DNA of 27,128 bases from IMG/VR virus record IMGVR_UViG_3300020042_006202, positions 1 to 27,128 of that record. One strand, written 5' to 3'. The notes beneath the pieces were generated by a model that was given only the letters and a program-made list of their open reading frames with translations, was not told the DNA's origin and ran no database searches. Positions 24,987-27,128 of the stretch are shown piece after piece. The number at the start of each line of letters is the position of its first letter. Position 1 is the stretch's first letter. This DNA comes from a virus (taxonomy: Duplodnaviria; Caudoviricetes). The position numbers were made by a program, and so were the translations under genes.

Positions 24987-25218
24987 GGCGCACGGCGTCA
25001 GTAGGGTTCGCCCACGGCCTGCCGACTTCGCACACAAGCGAAGTAAAGTGAAATAGTGCCCAAAATTCAACCAATTACATACATGGCGATGATCTGGCGC
25101 ATATTCGGGAAGCCCCGTCTATCCCGCGCAGCCAATCAGAATCGCCCCTAATTCCCGGCCACCAACTACCAGCACCCACAGGGTATTGCGTTAGTGGTCT
25201 AGCTTGTGTGCGCCGGGA
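24987..25218 (+). ncRNA. structured late-operon leader (putative cis-acting RNA)
   Basis: Three consecutive stem-loop domains read by eye in the longest non-coding gap. Confidence 0.4.
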
Positions 25219-25244
25219 GCCTCACCACAAACCAAGGAGACTGC

Positions 25245-25445
25245 ATGTCATATCCAACCCGTGACTGGCTTACCGAACGCGGCGCAACAGACCTTGCCCA
25301 ACAGATCAAGGCGTATTGGGCAAAGCATGGCAAGAAGGTCAAGACTGAAGTCGTCACGGCCCGTTCCCCAAAGACAGGGGGCGATATCAAGGTGGAAATG
25401 CACTGCGTCCGGACCGACATGATAAACGGTCTCCCCCGTTCATAA
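25245..25445 (+). CDS. hypothetical protein, first late gene
   Basis: AAGGAG RBS; LAQQIKAYW...VRTDMINGLP. Confidence 0.7.
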   Translation: MSYPTRDWLTERGATDLAQQIKAYWAKHGKKVKTEVVTARSPKTGGDIKVEMHCVRTDMINGLPRS

Positions 25446-25468
25446 TCCGTAACCAAAGGAATTACACA

Positions 25469-25633
25469 ATGGCCAGCATCTACAGCGCCGGAAAGTCTCA
25501 CGGCACCACGAAGCATGAAATGGGCAAGAAAGTTTCGGCCAGCATCAAGGTCAGCGCCTCTGCCGGCAAGGGTTCCGGCACCGCCCGCGATGGCGACCCC
25601 AAGGGCGCGCCTGTCATGGGCAAGGGCAAGTAA
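25469..25633 (+). CDS. 54-aa Gly/Lys/Ser-rich peptide (not in the ORF track)
   Basis: AAAGGA RBS, high GC at third codon positions; MASIYSAGKSHG...MGKGK. Confidence 0.65.
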   Translation: MASIYSAGKSHGTTKHEMGKKVSASIKVSASAGKGSGTARDGDPKGAPVMGKGK

Positions 25634-25656
25634 TTCAAATGCTTGCATGATTTGAA

Positions 25657-25923
25657 ATGGCCGGAAACGCTAACTCAGGCCCAAAGCGCGAGAAACCATT
25701 CCGTGACGCATTGCTCATGGAACTTCTCACGGCTGGGGAAGACCACAAAACACTCAGGCGCATTGCCAGGGCGGTCATTTCCAAAGCTGAACAGGGCGAC
25801 ATACAAGCCATTAAGGAAATTGCAGACCGCATGGACGGCAAAGTTCCGCAGGGCATTGAAGGCGGCGATAGCGACAAGCCTTTCAGGATGTTGGTCGGAT
25901 GGCTGACGACTCAATCCGAGTAA
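25657..25923 (+). CDS. terminase small subunit-like protein
   Basis: MAGNANSG...KAEQGDIQAIKEIADRMDGK; overlaps the start of terL. Confidence 0.65.
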   Translation: MAGNANSGPKREKPFRDALLMELLTAGEDHKTLRRIARAVISKAEQGDIQAIKEIADRMDGKVPQGIEGGDSDKPFRMLVGWLTTQSE

Positions 25924-27128
25924 TCATTCCCTACGCCCCGCGCCGTCATTTCGTCCCGTACCACAACACAGACAAGCGATGGCGCATTATCGTTGCCCAT
26001 CGCAGGGCCGGAAAGACGGTTGCCTGCATCAACGGACTGATCCGCACGGCGCTTCTATGCCCACATCCTGAACCGCGCGTTGCCTATGTCGCGCCGCTGT
26101 TCAAGCAAGCCAAGGATGTGGCCTGGGGCTACCTCAAGGAGTTCACCCGTGAAATCCCTGGGCGACTGGTTAACGAAAGCGAGCTTCGTGTTGATCTACC
26201 TAATGGCGGTCGTGTCCGCCTTTACGGTGCCGATAATCCTGATGCTTTACGCGGCTTGTATCTTGACGATGCCGTTCTTGACGAATTCGCAGACATGCGG
26301 CCTCGCTTCCTCCCTGAGGTTATCCGCCCCGCTCTTTCAGACCGCCGGGGAAGCCTGACGCTCATCGGGACGCCGAAAGGCCACAACGAGTTTTATGACC
26401 GCTGGGTCGGTGCCGAGACTGACCCGGAATGGTTCCGCATGATGCTCAAGGCATCGGAAACCGGGATTGTAGACGCTGAAGAACTTGCATCCGCAGCCAA
26501 GATGATGAGCGAAGCACAATATGCTCAAGAGTATGAATGTTCTTTCGAGGCAGCGATTGAAGGAGCTTACTACGGCCTTCTTCTTGAGGCGGCTGCGCAA
26601 GAGGGCCGAATTGCCCCGCTGCCGCACAATCCTGCACTCCCCGTTTACACGGCATGGGACCTTGGGGTCGGAGACGATACATCAATTTGGTTCTGCCAAC
26701 GTTCTGGCGGTTGGCTACACATCATCGACCACTATTCCACGAACGGGCAGCCAGCTAGTCATTACATGGATTTGCTACGGTCAAAACCCTACACATATGC
26801 CCGTCATTTTCTGCCTCATGACGCCGAAAATAGGGAATGGACAAACGGCAAATCGCGCCTCGACACGCTCAAGGCACTCGGTCTTCAGAATTGTAAAGTA
26901 ATCCCCAGGATGGCCGTGGATGACGGCATCAACGCCGTCCGTTTGCTGCTTCCGACATGCCGTTTCGATGCGCAAAATTGTGCGCAAGGGCTGGAAAGCT
27001 TGAGACAGTATCGCCGCGAGTACGACGAAAACAAGCGGGTGTTCAAGCCGTCGCCGCTCCACGATTGGACGAGCCACGATGCCGACGCCTTCAGATACCT
27101 CGCAACAGGCATGGAGCCTGACGCAGCC
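25899..27128 (+). CDS. terL: terminase large subunit (runs off the window)
   Basis: Hand translation: AHRRAGKT Walker A, VLDEFAD Walker B, GTPKGHN, AWDLGVGD, HDWTSHDADAFRY. Confidence 0.93.
   Translation, partial: MADDSIRVIIPYAPRRHFVPYHNTDKRWRIIVAHRRAGKTVACINGLIRTALLCPHPEPRVAYVAPLFKQAKDVAWGYLKEFTREIPGRLVNESELRVDLPNGGRVRLYGADNPDALRGLYLDDAVLDEFADMRPRFLPEVIRPALSDRRGSLTLIGTPKGHNEFYDRWVGAETDPEWFRMMLKASETGIVDAEELASAAKMMSEAQYAQEYECSFEAAIEGAYYGLLLEAAAQEGRIAPLPHNPALPVYTAWDLGVGDDTSIWFCQRSGGWLHIIDHYSTNGQPASHYMDLLRSKPYTYARHFLPHDAENREWTNGKSRLDTLKALGLQNCKVIPRMAVDDGINAVRLLLPTCRFDAQNCAQGLESLRQYRREYDENKRVFKPSPLHDWTSHDADAFRYLATGMEPDAA

Noticed and set aside
24954-25244. tRNA gene
   Set aside because: No cloverleaf with T-loop and D-loop consensus could be built by eye.

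Overview
The window is most of a tailed dsDNA phage genome with P22/lambdoid gene order and a podovirus-like tail. The host is probably an alphaproteobacterium (GcrA homologue, TTGACA-N17-(C)TAG promoters). In order: the distal virion module (ADP-ribosyltransferase-like protein, adaptor, gp10-like nozzle, fibre proteins, GNAT-like protein, three ejection proteins, tail-collar fibre); a late accessory cluster (HEXXH peptidase, metallophosphoesterase, NDT/DUF4406-like protein, secreted proteins); lysis genes; a leftward early operon (Rad52/Sak-like annealase, SSB, HNH, small genes); a divergent promoter pair with Cro but no cI; a rightward early operon (nuclease, GcrA, replication initiator with iterons, NusG-like regulator, DNA methyltransferase); a structured late leader; terminase. 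Portal and capsid genes lie outside the window. The most striking pattern is that free-standing endonuclease genes sit at the 5' ends of phage genes. They keep or capture the original RBS and first codons and, in two clear cases, supply a recoded duplicate start for the target gene. Other leads are an APFGFAP motif shared by the ART-like protein and an ejection protein, and the absence of repressor and integrase at their usual sites. All family calls come from reading motifs, not from database searches.
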